This document shows positions 1 through 6,275 of a stretch of DNA of 64,000 bases, in pieces. This DNA is from a virus. The stretch lies in IMG/VR virus record IMGVR_UViG_3300034102_001457, positions 1-64,000 of that record; one strand, written 5' to 3'. The stretch's first letter is position 1; each line of letters begins with the position of its first letter. A model generated the notes under the pieces. The model ran no database searches and was not told the DNA's origin. It worked only from the letters and a program-made list of their open reading frames with translations. The position numbers and the translations under genes were made by a program.

Positions 1-47
1 TTGATTACTTTGCTTGTTGCTACCTTTACTGTGATTTGTCTGCTCAT
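1..47 (-). CDS. Partial small early gene (MSRQITVKVATSKVI...), runs off the window
   Basis: ATG at 47, GAAAGG RBS at 55-60 and a conserved promoter upstream. Confidence 0.6.
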   Translation of the reverse strand, partial: MSRQITVKVATSKVI

Positions 48-75
48 TGTATTTCCTTTCGTTGGTTGGTTGATT

Positions 76-97
76 AGTATAGCAGGGGGGTCTGACA
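76..97 (-). promoter_or_regulatory. PafBC/RecA-NDp-type promoter P1
   Basis: Minus strand reads TGTCAG-acccccctgc-TATACT. Confidence 0.75.
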
Positions 98-179
98 TTT
101 CCACCCGAAGGTGGAGAGTTCTTACTTACGACATTGGACTAGAACACTCTCTAAACTGTCCCTGTTTCGTTATGCTTAT

Positions 180-338
180 TTAGTTAGCAGTTGCGCTTGT
201 CCAGCGTTCCTTGCCTTCTACATCAAGCAGAATACGATTTACTCCGCTAGGGTGGTTATCAACGGCTTTGATAACTCCTGTGATACCGCTTGTTGTTGTT
301 GTGTAGGTTTGACCTACTTCTAGTGTTGCGTTTGTCAT
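180..338 (-). CDS. Hypothetical 52-aa protein (MTNATLEVGQTY...)
   Basis: Translated by hand; AACGAAAGG RBS and promoter P2 upstream. Confidence 0.7.
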   Translation of the reverse strand: MTNATLEVGQTYTTTTSGITGVIKAVDNHPSGVNRILLDVEGKERWTSATAN

Positions 339-367
339 TTGTTTCCTTTCGTTTGGTTGGTAGTAGT

Positions 368-389
368 ATTATAGCGGATACCACCGACA
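368..389 (-). promoter_or_regulatory. PafBC/RecA-NDp-type promoter P2
   Basis: TGTCGG-tggtatccgc-TATAAT. Confidence 0.8.
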
Positions 390-417
390 TTTCCCCCCAT
401 TTCTAGGGGGAGTGTCG

Positions 418-433
418 TGTGATACTAGTCACA
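418..433. promoter_or_regulatory. CRP/GlxR-type site
   Basis: TGTGA-tactag-TCACA, perfect consensus. Confidence 0.75.
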
Positions 434-694
434 CTCAGGTAGCCAAAATCCTAAGTGGTGTTGGTCAATAATAGCGGAGGCAGGTGCTGTATCTAATCCT
501 TTATAAGATACGCCTTCAGGCATCTTTATCTGTCGATCAAAATCCTCATCATAGTATGCGTCAATAGCATCTATGCAAGGTTGCACCATAGAAAGTGGAA
601 CGGGTGGGTAATGATTACCCTGTAAGTGATAGGCTAATTGTGTTTCTAAATCTAACACGCTATCCTGAATACCTAGTGCAGTTATGCTTCCCAT
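425..694 (-). CDS. Hypothetical phage protein (HLQGNHYPPVP motif)
   Basis: ORF track; GAAGGT RBS; same strand as neighbours. Confidence 0.75.
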   Translation of the reverse strand: MGSITALGIQDSVLDLETQLAYHLQGNHYPPVPLSMVQPCIDAIDAYYDEDFDRQIKMPEGVSYKGLDTAPASAIIDQHHLGFWLPECD

Positions 695-696
695 TG

Positions 697-921
697 TTAG
701 TTACCTTCCTTGATAGTCATTTCAGCCCAAGTGTTAAACTCATTAGCAGTTTTTAATACATTAGATTGAGCAAGGGCGTGTAGCGTTGCTTCCTTGCACA
801 TCTCTGTCATTGTTTTTTCATCAAGAGCAATTAAGCGTGGCAATAAGTTTGCAGGGATAGTATCAAGGTTAATGATAGCCTCGAAAGTTATTGTGTGTGG
901 AACTTTGATTAGATTAGACAT
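697..921 (-). CDS. Hypothetical protein
   Basis: ORF with GAAAGG RBS downstream of P3. Confidence 0.7.
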   Translation of the reverse strand: MSNLIKVPHTITFEAIINLDTIPANLLPRLIALDEKTMTEMCKEATLHALAQSNVLKTANEFNTWAEMTIKEGN

Positions 922-950
922 TTGTTACCTTTCGTTGTTGGAATAAGAGT

Positions 951-972
951 ATTTTAGCATACCCCACTGACA
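951..972 (-). promoter_or_regulatory. PafBC/RecA-NDp-type promoter P3
   Basis: TGTCAG-tggggtatgc-TAAAAT. Confidence 0.8.
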
Positions 973-1000
973 TTACCTAATCTATTCCCCGCATAAGCCT

Positions 1001-1016
1001 TGTGATAAATCTCACA
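1001..1016. promoter_or_regulatory. CRP/GlxR-type site
   Basis: TGTGA-taaatc-TCACA. Confidence 0.75.
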
Positions 1017-1029
1017 AATTTCCAGGGTT

Positions 1030-1059
1030 TGTGGATAACTCCCGTAAACCTGTGGATAA
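1030..1059 (-). promoter_or_regulatory. Two tandem DnaA boxes
   Basis: TGTGGATAA (reverse complement TTATCCACA) at 1030-1038 and 1051-1059. Confidence 0.7.
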
Positions 1060-1080
1060 CCCCGTAGTATTGCGGGCCTT

Positions 1081-1203
1081 TTATTCCTCCTGGCCCCATA
1101 TGTCGGGATCTATTTCTGCTAAGTACTCTTTAGCAGCTTTTTTCTGATCTTGATCACCAACAACAGAATTTATTAATGCATTAAAATAATTAAGCTCCGC
1201 CAT
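1081..1203 (-). CDS. Hypothetical 40-aa protein (MAELNYFNAL...)
   Basis: Translated by hand; AAGGAG RBS. Confidence 0.6.
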   Translation of the reverse strand: MAELNYFNALINSVVGDQDQKKAAKEYLAEIDPDIWGQEE

Positions 1204-1215
1204 TTTTATTTCTCC

Positions 1216-1935
1216 TTATTTTTTAGTTGCGCTAAATCTAATATCTGCTTTACCATAAACACATAACCCACACGATACACACGCAGAACCTGCATTGCTA
1301 ATTAGTGGAATTGATTTCATATTTTCAGGGCACTTAGCACCAGGCTTGCCCGTCAATTCTTTCATTGTGCTTTCGGTGACGGCGAATGTCTTCCCTAAAT
1401 ATGCAAGGCGAATTCCCTCATTTACTTTTAGTTCGTGGCCGATTTCTTTATTCTCATCGTCGGTAGAATAGTAAAGAGATAAATTAGATACATCCTTTAG
1501 AATAAGCGCTGCAGACTTTACACGTGTGTAAACCCAGAATTGAACATCGGTGTGCTCATTGATTACATTCTTCCAGGCATAAGTATAGAAATCATTGAAG
1601 AAATCTCCGTCCCAGTGGATACGGAATAGCATAGGAGCGTCTTTCTTTACACAATCAGCCTTGAAATCAATAATCATTTCATTTAGCAATTGATACATTG
1701 TTTCCATATCGGCATTGCGTAGCAATTCCCAATTGTGTAGCAGATTAGTTTTTACTCCCTTGAAGAGTTTTTCCAATTTGCCTGCATAGCAAACAGTCTC
1801 GCAGATAGACGTAGCGCCAGGACATGAGAAATCTTTTCCTGCGGGTAATCCGAACGTGTTAGCAATTGCGGCTTGCTTTCCATTTTTTGTGACAAGGTTA
1901 GCCACCTTTCTATCATTAGAGCGTTTCAATTTCAT
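1216..1935 (-). CDS. GP88-like Cys-rich (radical-SAM-like) protein
   Basis: CPGATSICETVCYA, RIHWDGDF, WVYTR and C-terminal CxxCxxC motifs; start moved to 1935 on the basis of the RBS and P4. Confidence 0.75.
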   Translation of the reverse strand: MKLKRSNDRKVANLVTKNGKQAAIANTFGLPAGKDFSCPGATSICETVCYAGKLEKLFKGVKTNLLHNWELLRNADMETMYQLLNEMIIDFKADCVKKDAPMLFRIHWDGDFFNDFYTYAWKNVINEHTDVQFWVYTRVKSAALILKDVSNLSLYYSTDDENKEIGHELKVNEGIRLAYLGKTFAVTESTMKELTGKPGAKCPENMKSIPLISNAGSACVSCGLCVYGKADIRFSATKK

Positions 1936-1963
1936 TAGTTGGCCTTTCGTTGGTAAGGTTGTA

Positions 1964-1985
1964 AGTATAGCAGAATGGACCGACA
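1964..1985 (-). promoter_or_regulatory. PafBC/RecA-NDp-type promoter P4
   Basis: TGTCGG-tccattctgc-TATACT. Confidence 0.8.
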
Positions 1986-2012
1986 TTTTACGCAACACGC
2001 TGCAAATTCCAG

Positions 2013-2028
2013 GGTGTTTTAGATCACA
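2013..2028. promoter_or_regulatory. Degenerate CRP-type site
   Basis: GGTGT-tttaga-TCACA keeps the GTG-N8-CAC core and lies at the conserved distance from P4. Confidence 0.5.
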
Positions 2029-2055
2029 GTCGTAACGACACGCCCGACTCCGCAG
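2029..2055. repeat. 27-bp exact repeat, copy 1 (copy 2 at 3485-3511)
   Basis: GTCGTAACGACACGCCCGACTCCGCAG. Confidence 0.9.
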
Positions 2056-2067
2056 CTCTGCGGGCTT

Positions 2068-2083
2068 TCGAACACCTGTTCTA
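2068..2083. promoter_or_regulatory. Actinobacterial LexA (SOS) box
   Basis: TCGAAC-acct-GTTCTA, one mismatch from TCGAAC-N4-GTTCGA. Confidence 0.6.
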
Positions 2084-2088
2084 ATTAA

Positions 2089-2220
2089 TTATTGATCGAA
2101 TTTATTTTTATGTTTTATTTTGCGTGTGTATTTTTTTTTATTGCGAACAGGTTGCGCCGCATTACTGCGACGCAATTCCTGAATGCGTTTTACTTTATCT
2201 TGAAGAGAAGTTAGGAACAT
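2089..2220 (-). CDS. 43-aa highly basic protein (ELRRSNAAQPVRNKKKYTRKIKHK)
   Basis: Translated by hand; overlaps the end of the upstream gene. Confidence 0.6.
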   Translation of the reverse strand: MFLTSLQDKVKRIQELRRSNAAQPVRNKKKYTRKIKHKNKFDQ

Positions 2221-2386
2221 TATACCCACTCGCTTCGTGAAATCGTTTTACATCAAATCGCTCATTATCTTTCGCAAACATTTCAGCGAAATCATTTACA
2301 ATTTTAGAAAATACAGCAGGGTGAGTTTTGTTGCTAGCATACTTTAGAATTTCTGCGGTTGCTATGTAGTCTTTTCTAGTCATCAT
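2195..2386 (-). CDS. Hypothetical protein (MMTRKDY...DNERFDVKRF)
   Basis: ORF track; start trimmed to the ATG overlapping the upstream stop. Confidence 0.7.
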   Translation of the reverse strand: MMTRKDYIATAEILKYASNKTHPAVFSKIVNDFAEMFAKDNERFDVKRFHEASGYNVPNFSSR

Positions 2387-2586
2387 TTTACTACGACCTC
2401 TCCTGTGCGATAAAATAGTTTTGTATAGCATTTGCCAGTTGGTGTAAATAAATTTACAGTTGAGTATTCATTAGCAGAACCCCAATCGGTAAAACGGAAA
2501 AAGTTTTCCCACGCACCAAATTCATTTTCGTATTCGGCAGACCAGTGGGGGGCGTTGCTATCATAGGCGCAAGTTAGTTTATACAT
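2383..2586 (-). CDS. Hypothetical protein
   Basis: ORF with GAAAGG RBS, downstream of P5. Confidence 0.7.
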   Translation of the reverse strand: MYKLTCAYDSNAPHWSAEYENEFGAWENFFRFTDWGSANEYSTVNLFTPTGKCYTKLFYRTGEVVVK

Positions 2587-2630
2587 TAGTTTCCCTTTCG
2601 TTAGTTATACATTTACATTGTGTTATTACT

Positions 2631-2652
2631 ATTGTATCAGTTGCCACCGACA
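2631..2652 (-). promoter_or_regulatory. PafBC/RecA-NDp-type promoter P5
   Basis: TGTCGG-tggcaactga-TACAAT. Confidence 0.75.
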
Positions 2653-2704
2653 CAATAGCGAGAGTATCGCAATTATCGCAAATCCACATTTCAGCAATTT
2701 TCAT

Positions 2705-2851
2705 TTATTTATTCTCCTGAAAAAAACTGAGCGGATTACATTGGCAAGCCTCTACATCATAATTATTTTCATCTCCGTAGTATAGCCAGCCATTTCCGTA
2801 GCAGGTATCACACTCTAAAATCTGAGTGTATAATTCTTTCATTCTACCCAT
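2705..2851 (-). CDS. 48-aa Zn-finger-like protein (CDTCYG...CQC)
   Basis: Translated by hand; GAAAGG RBS; downstream of P6. Confidence 0.65.
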   Translation of the reverse strand: MGRMKELYTQILECDTCYGNGWLYYGDENNYDVEACQCNPLSFFQENK

Positions 2852-2883
2852 TTAGGTTTTCCCTTTCGTTTGTTGATTTTGTA

Positions 2884-2905
2884 ATTGTAGCAGATAGCAC
2901 TGACA
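2884..2905 (-). promoter_or_regulatory. PafBC/RecA-NDp-type promoter P6
   Basis: TGTCAG-tgctatctgc-TACAAT. Confidence 0.75.
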
Positions 2906-2965
2906 AGGCTTGCGCCTTGCTTGCCTCACGTTGTGCGATAACGTGTTGTTTGAATTCGTCTAAGT

Positions 2966-3091
2966 TCATTCGAACGCACCTTCCTCTAATAATCCTAATT
3001 CGATGTTGAATAATTCATCGGGTGTTGCTTCGGATAAATCTACCCAGCCAGCACCCTCGTTGTCCATTCGGAAAATTTCGATGTATCCCAT
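2966..3091 (-). CDS. 41-aa acidic protein (MGYIEIFRMDNEGAGWVD...)
   Basis: Translated by hand; tightly packed with neighbours. Confidence 0.6.
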   Translation of the reverse strand: MGYIEIFRMDNEGAGWVDLSEATPDELFNIELGLLEEGAFE

Positions 3092-3093
3092 TA

Positions 3094-3300
3094 TTATTCA
3101 CCAACCTTTACTGCGATTGTTGCGAATTTATTTCGCAGACCGCCCGCATTTATTTCGATTAGATACGCTTCAGTTTTTTCACCATACCAAATTTCTGGGC
3201 GGTGTTCGGCAGATACAATTTCGCCAGAAAAGTGGCGATTGCGTGAGCGATAGTTTTTCCCTACAAGTAGGCTTTCGATTGTGTATAGTTTGGTAGCCAT
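3094..3300 (-). CDS. Hypothetical protein
   Basis: ORF track; RBS; downstream of P7. Confidence 0.7.
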   Translation of the reverse strand: MATKLYTIESLLVGKNYRSRNRHFSGEIVSAEHRPEIWYGEKTEAYLIEINAGGLRNKFATIAVKVGE

Positions 3301-3335
3301 TGGCAGACCTTCTTTCGTTTGTTGTTATGTATGGA

Positions 3336-3357
3336 ATTATACACGAACCCACTGACA
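3336..3357 (-). promoter_or_regulatory. PafBC/RecA-NDp-type promoter P7
   Basis: TGTCAG-tgggttcgtg-TATAAT. Confidence 0.8.
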
Positions 3358-3405
3358 TTTTCACATTACTAGCCAGTAAATCCAAATAGTGAGACGCTCA
3401 AGCCG

Positions 3406-3421
3406 TGTGATACTAATCACA
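3406..3421. promoter_or_regulatory. CRP/GlxR-type site
   Basis: TGTGA-tactaa-TCACA. Confidence 0.75.
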
Positions 3422-3484
3422 TCAAAATGTCCGATTTGTCTGTCAAATCGACACGCCGTAGAATTCAGGGATTTTTATAACAAT

Positions 3485-3511
3485 GTCGTAACGACACGCC
3501 CGACTCCGCAG
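3485..3511. repeat. 27-bp exact repeat, copy 2
   Basis: Identical to 2029-2055. Confidence 0.9.
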
Positions 3512-3559
3512 TAGTTGCGGGCCAGCTTGATTTTGTCAAGCCGACACGCCGTTATTTAT

Positions 3560-3757
3560 TTATTCATTTTCTAATTCCGCTAAATAATCTTCGTGTTCTA
3601 CTAAACCAATCGCAAACGCAACGGGATCGCAACACTCTAAGATTTCGGCGGGTGTAAAAGTTGAGTAACCAATTTTTACAGTTGGATAAATGTCATTTAG
3701 TAAATCTATAAAACTTTCTTTGATTTCTAAATCTTTTTCTAATTGTGATTTACTCAT
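3560..3757 (-). CDS. Hypothetical acidic protein
   Basis: ORF track. Confidence 0.7.
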   Translation of the reverse strand: MSKSQLEKDLEIKESFIDLLNDIYPTVKIGYSTFTPAEILECCDPVAFAIGLVEHEDYLAELENE

Positions 3758-4337
3758 TTAGTCCCCCATTTTTTATGTCTTTGATTACTGCGATTAGTAG
3801 CGGGATAGTTACGCCCGCTAGTAGTAATTGGACGGCGGTAGTTAGTAAGCGATTAGTAGTCATTACTTATTCTTCTTTCTCTTGTAAATCTTATAGGCGA
3901 TTAGTAGGGCGGTAGTAATTAGGATAGTGTGCCAAGGTAAGTAGATAGCCCCTAAGAAACTATCAAACTCTAATCCGTAGTCGCTAGTTATGTATAACTC
4001 AAATCCGTTTATAGTCATTATTAGTTATCCCAATCTAATGTTAGTGCGGACATTTCTTCTTCTTCGTATTCGCTAAGGCGCAAATCTAAGCCCTCTGCTA
4101 GTGCCTTGTTATAGGCTTCTTCTTCTTCTAGATAGACATAAGCGTCTGCTACATCTGCCTGAATAGTATCCCATTTAGTCATCATTACTTTACCTCTACT
4201 TCTCTAATGTTGTAAGTGAAACCCTTACCTAGTTTTTCTAATTCTTTTATTACGGCTAAGATTTCTTCGGGCTTGTTAGCCTTTTGATTTACGGCTAATA
4301 GTTGAGAGCCTTGCCATAGTGTATAAGTGATAGTCAT
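3750..4337 (-). CDS. Four tiny coupled ORFs (4337-4185, 4185-4021, 4018-3863, 3863-3750); the last two are membrane peptides
   Basis: Translated by hand; stop/start junctions overlap or abut; downstream of P8. Confidence 0.55.
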
Positions 4338-4372
4338 TATCTGTTCTTCTTTCGTTAGTAGTTATAGTAGGA

Positions 4373-4394
4373 ATTGTAGCGCATAGCGCCGACA
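4373..4394 (-). promoter_or_regulatory. PafBC/RecA-NDp-type promoter P8
   Basis: TGTCGG-cgctatgcgc-TACAAT. Confidence 0.8.
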
Positions 4395-4423
4395 TTGTAT
4401 AGCGACACGCCGTTAGGCGTTAG

Positions 4424-4439
4424 TGTGATTATGGTCACA
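4424..4439. promoter_or_regulatory. CRP/GlxR-type site
   Basis: TGTGA-ttatgg-TCACA. Confidence 0.75.
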
Positions 4440-4521
4440 CACGGACTCGATTTCGTGTCCGAACTCCTCTACGAGTTCCTCGTAGATTTCGTCCATATAA
4501 TCAAGATAATCGTTCATTAGA

Positions 4522-4728
4522 TTACTCCCAACTTCTAGTAGTAGCATAAACCTTGCGAGTGCTAGGCTTGTAATTTTCTAACTCTCTTAGATTAGTTTCT
4601 AAGATAGTGCCTCTTAGGGCTAGTAGGTCAAGATACTCATTAGCATCTTGTTCGGTATTCATTAGAACACCTAAGCAAGTAGAAAACTCGGTGTCCGAGT
4701 ATTGGACTTTATAACTTAGTGAAAACAT
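4522..4728 (-). CDS. Hypothetical protein
   Basis: ORF track; GAAGGA RBS; downstream of P9. Confidence 0.7.
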   Translation of the reverse strand: MFSLSYKVQYSDTEFSTCLGVLMNTEQDANEYLDLLALRGTILETNLRELENYKPSTRKVYATTRSWE

Positions 4729-4779
4729 TTTGTTTTCCTTTCTTTATCAAGAACCTTTCTTGATTTTCTTTATAGTATA

Positions 4780-4801
4780 ACTCTAGCAGGGGGGACTGAC
4801 A
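4780..4801 (-). promoter_or_regulatory. PafBC/RecA-NDp-type promoter P9
   Basis: TGTCAG-tcccccctgc-TAGAGT. Confidence 0.7.
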
Positions 4802-4839
4802 AAAAGGGGGGTTACTGGCAAGTATTCTCAAACTATTTT

Positions 4840-4855
4840 TGTGATTAGCATCACA
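4840..4855. promoter_or_regulatory. CRP/GlxR-type site
   Basis: TGTGA-ttagca-TCACA. Confidence 0.75.
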
Positions 4856-4967
4856 CTCACGCTCAAAGTTAGTAGCCTATGGGCGCACTAAATAGACAAA
4901 ACGGACATTTATTTATTCGTGATCATACATGATAAAAATATATTAACATTTTGTGAAATATGAAATG

Positions 4968-5318
4968 CTAGTCGACTGAGATTTTATTCCTAAGTTTTTT
5001 TCTATACGAAGTATCGACGGGTGCATACCTAGGATGTTTCTTTGGCTCATTTGTTCTATTACCTTTAGTAAGGTTGCAGATACCGTGAGAAGGCTTTACG
5101 TTTATAAGCTCGTCAGATCCTCCTTTGGTTAAAGGGATTACATGATCTAGCTGTAGTCCATACTTCCATCCAGGTACAAAAGCTTGGCGGGGTGCAGAGT
5201 AATCTATCTGCATACCACATATGTGACAATTACCCCCATGTATAATAAAAATTTCATAGAAGGAGTATAGGTGTGGATCCGTATATCTCTCTATGTTTGC
5301 TTTATTGTTTACTGGCAT
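4968..5318 (-). CDS. HNH endonuclease
   Basis: CHICG...LDHVIPLTKGG...N...HGICNLTKG. Confidence 0.9.
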   Translation of the reverse strand: MPVNNKANIERYTDPHLYSFYEIFIIHGGNCHICGMQIDYSAPRQAFVPGWKYGLQLDHVIPLTKGGSDELINVKPSHGICNLTKGNRTNEPKKHPRYAPVDTSYRKKLRNKISVD

Positions 5319-5393
5319 AACAAAATATTATCAAATAAAAAAAGTTTCGTCAACCCCTTGACCTTAGAATATTTCAAATGTTATACTTCCATA

Positions 5394-5487
5394 GGGGGGT
5401 CGGGGGGTCAGAAAATACAGAAAATACAAAAAATACAAAATATAAAACATATAACATATAACATATATAACATATATAACATATATA
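5394..5487 (+). repeat. G-runs followed by degenerate ~9-bp AT-rich tandem repeats
   Basis: GGGGGGTC x2, then CAGAAAATA/CAAAAAATA/ACATATATA units. Confidence 0.85.
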
Positions 5488-5488
5488 G

Positions 5489-5517
5489 TTGACTAGAATG
5501 TATAGATAGTATATAAT
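5489..5517 (+). promoter_or_regulatory. Sigma70/SigA-type promoter
   Basis: TTGACT-17bp-TATAAT; ATG 6 nt after the -10 (leaderless). Confidence 0.8.
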
Positions 5518-5523
5518 AAATTA

Positions 5524-5631
5524 ATGGCATCGTCAAGATTAGTAAAATGTGATAAATGTGGGCGGGAGATTGAAGTAAGATCTGGGTTTGCACATATGAC
5601 ACTTAATAATCATCAGAAAAGCTGTAAATAA
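5524..5631 (+). CDS. 35-aa C2HC zinc-finger peptide
   Basis: CDKC...HQKSC; leaderless start. Confidence 0.6.
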   Translation: MASSRLVKCDKCGREIEVRSGFAHMTLNNHQKSCK

Positions 5632-5677
5632 AATTTTATTAACATTTAATAGAATCCAAAAGTAGATTAGGCATAAA

Positions 5678-5827
5678 ATGACAATCAAAGCATTTATTTA
5701 TGACATTGCAATCAAGGTAGCTGTAATGGCTGAAACCGAAGAAGAAGCAAATGAAAAAATGGACCAGGGACAAGCTTCACAGATCTCAATGGAGAAGAAG
5801 CTGGTCAATACTGTAGATATTGCGTAA
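5678..5827 (+). CDS. Hypothetical 49-aa protein
   Basis: Translated by hand. Confidence 0.55.
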   Translation: MTIKAFIYDIAIKVAVMAETEEEANEKMDQGQASQISMEKKLVNTVDIA

Positions 5828-5835
5828 CCCATAGC

Positions 5836-6030
5836 ATGTCTGTCAAACCTTGGGATATGTTAAATCCTAATGAACCTAGAGCTAGCGAAGAGCTATTTCA
5901 GGAACGATGGGAGATATGCAAATTTTGTCCAGAATTAATTTCGCTCACTTCACAATGTAAAAAATGCGGGTGCGTAATGAACTGGAAAGCCAAGTTAGAA
6001 AAAGCCACATGCCCAATAGGCAAATGGTGA
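5836..6030 (+). CDS. Small Cys-rich protein (DUF6171-like)
   Basis: CxxC...CxxCGC...CPxGKW. Confidence 0.75.
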   Translation: MSVKPWDMLNPNEPRASEELFQERWEICKFCPELISLTSQCKKCGCVMNWKAKLEKATCPIGKW

Positions 6031-6042
6031 TATAATTAAATA

Positions 6043-6186
6043 ATGCACGATCATAACAATATGACATTGACCCCAGGTGGATCCATTGATGAGATGACTC
6101 TGATGTGGATCCTAATGGGCTTGATGGCTATTCACCATGCATGGATGTGGTGGAAGATGAAGAAGAAAAACTGTAGCTGTAAGTGA
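6043..6186 (+). CDS. 47-aa Met/His-rich membrane peptide
   Basis: MHDHNNM...MWILMGLMAIHHAWMWW; TATAAT 6 nt upstream. Confidence 0.6.
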   Translation: MHDHNNMTLTPGGSIDEMTLMWILMGLMAIHHAWMWWKMKKKNCSCK

Positions 6187-6275
6187 AACTTATTGCACTT
6201 ATCACTATAGTAATAGTTCTCACTTTCTTTGCTGGAATAATATTTCAAGTAATATCTTAGTCGACTGGGATTAAT

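Noticed and set aside
3476-3492. GlnR/MtrA-type direct repeat ATAAC-N6-GTAAC
   Set aside because: Single, low-information match; the spacing is not kept in the paralogous module at ~2023.
50-4900. CRISPR array or integron attC cassettes in the repeated early intergenic motifs
   Set aside because: The repeats are short, irregularly spaced and map onto promoter, RBS and TF-site architecture. No cas or integrase gene is present.
5271-5602. ORFs 5271-5492 (+) and 5408-5602 (-)
   Set aside because: They are translations of the tandem repeat (KIQKIQ / YMLYML), lack an RBS and overlap promoters.
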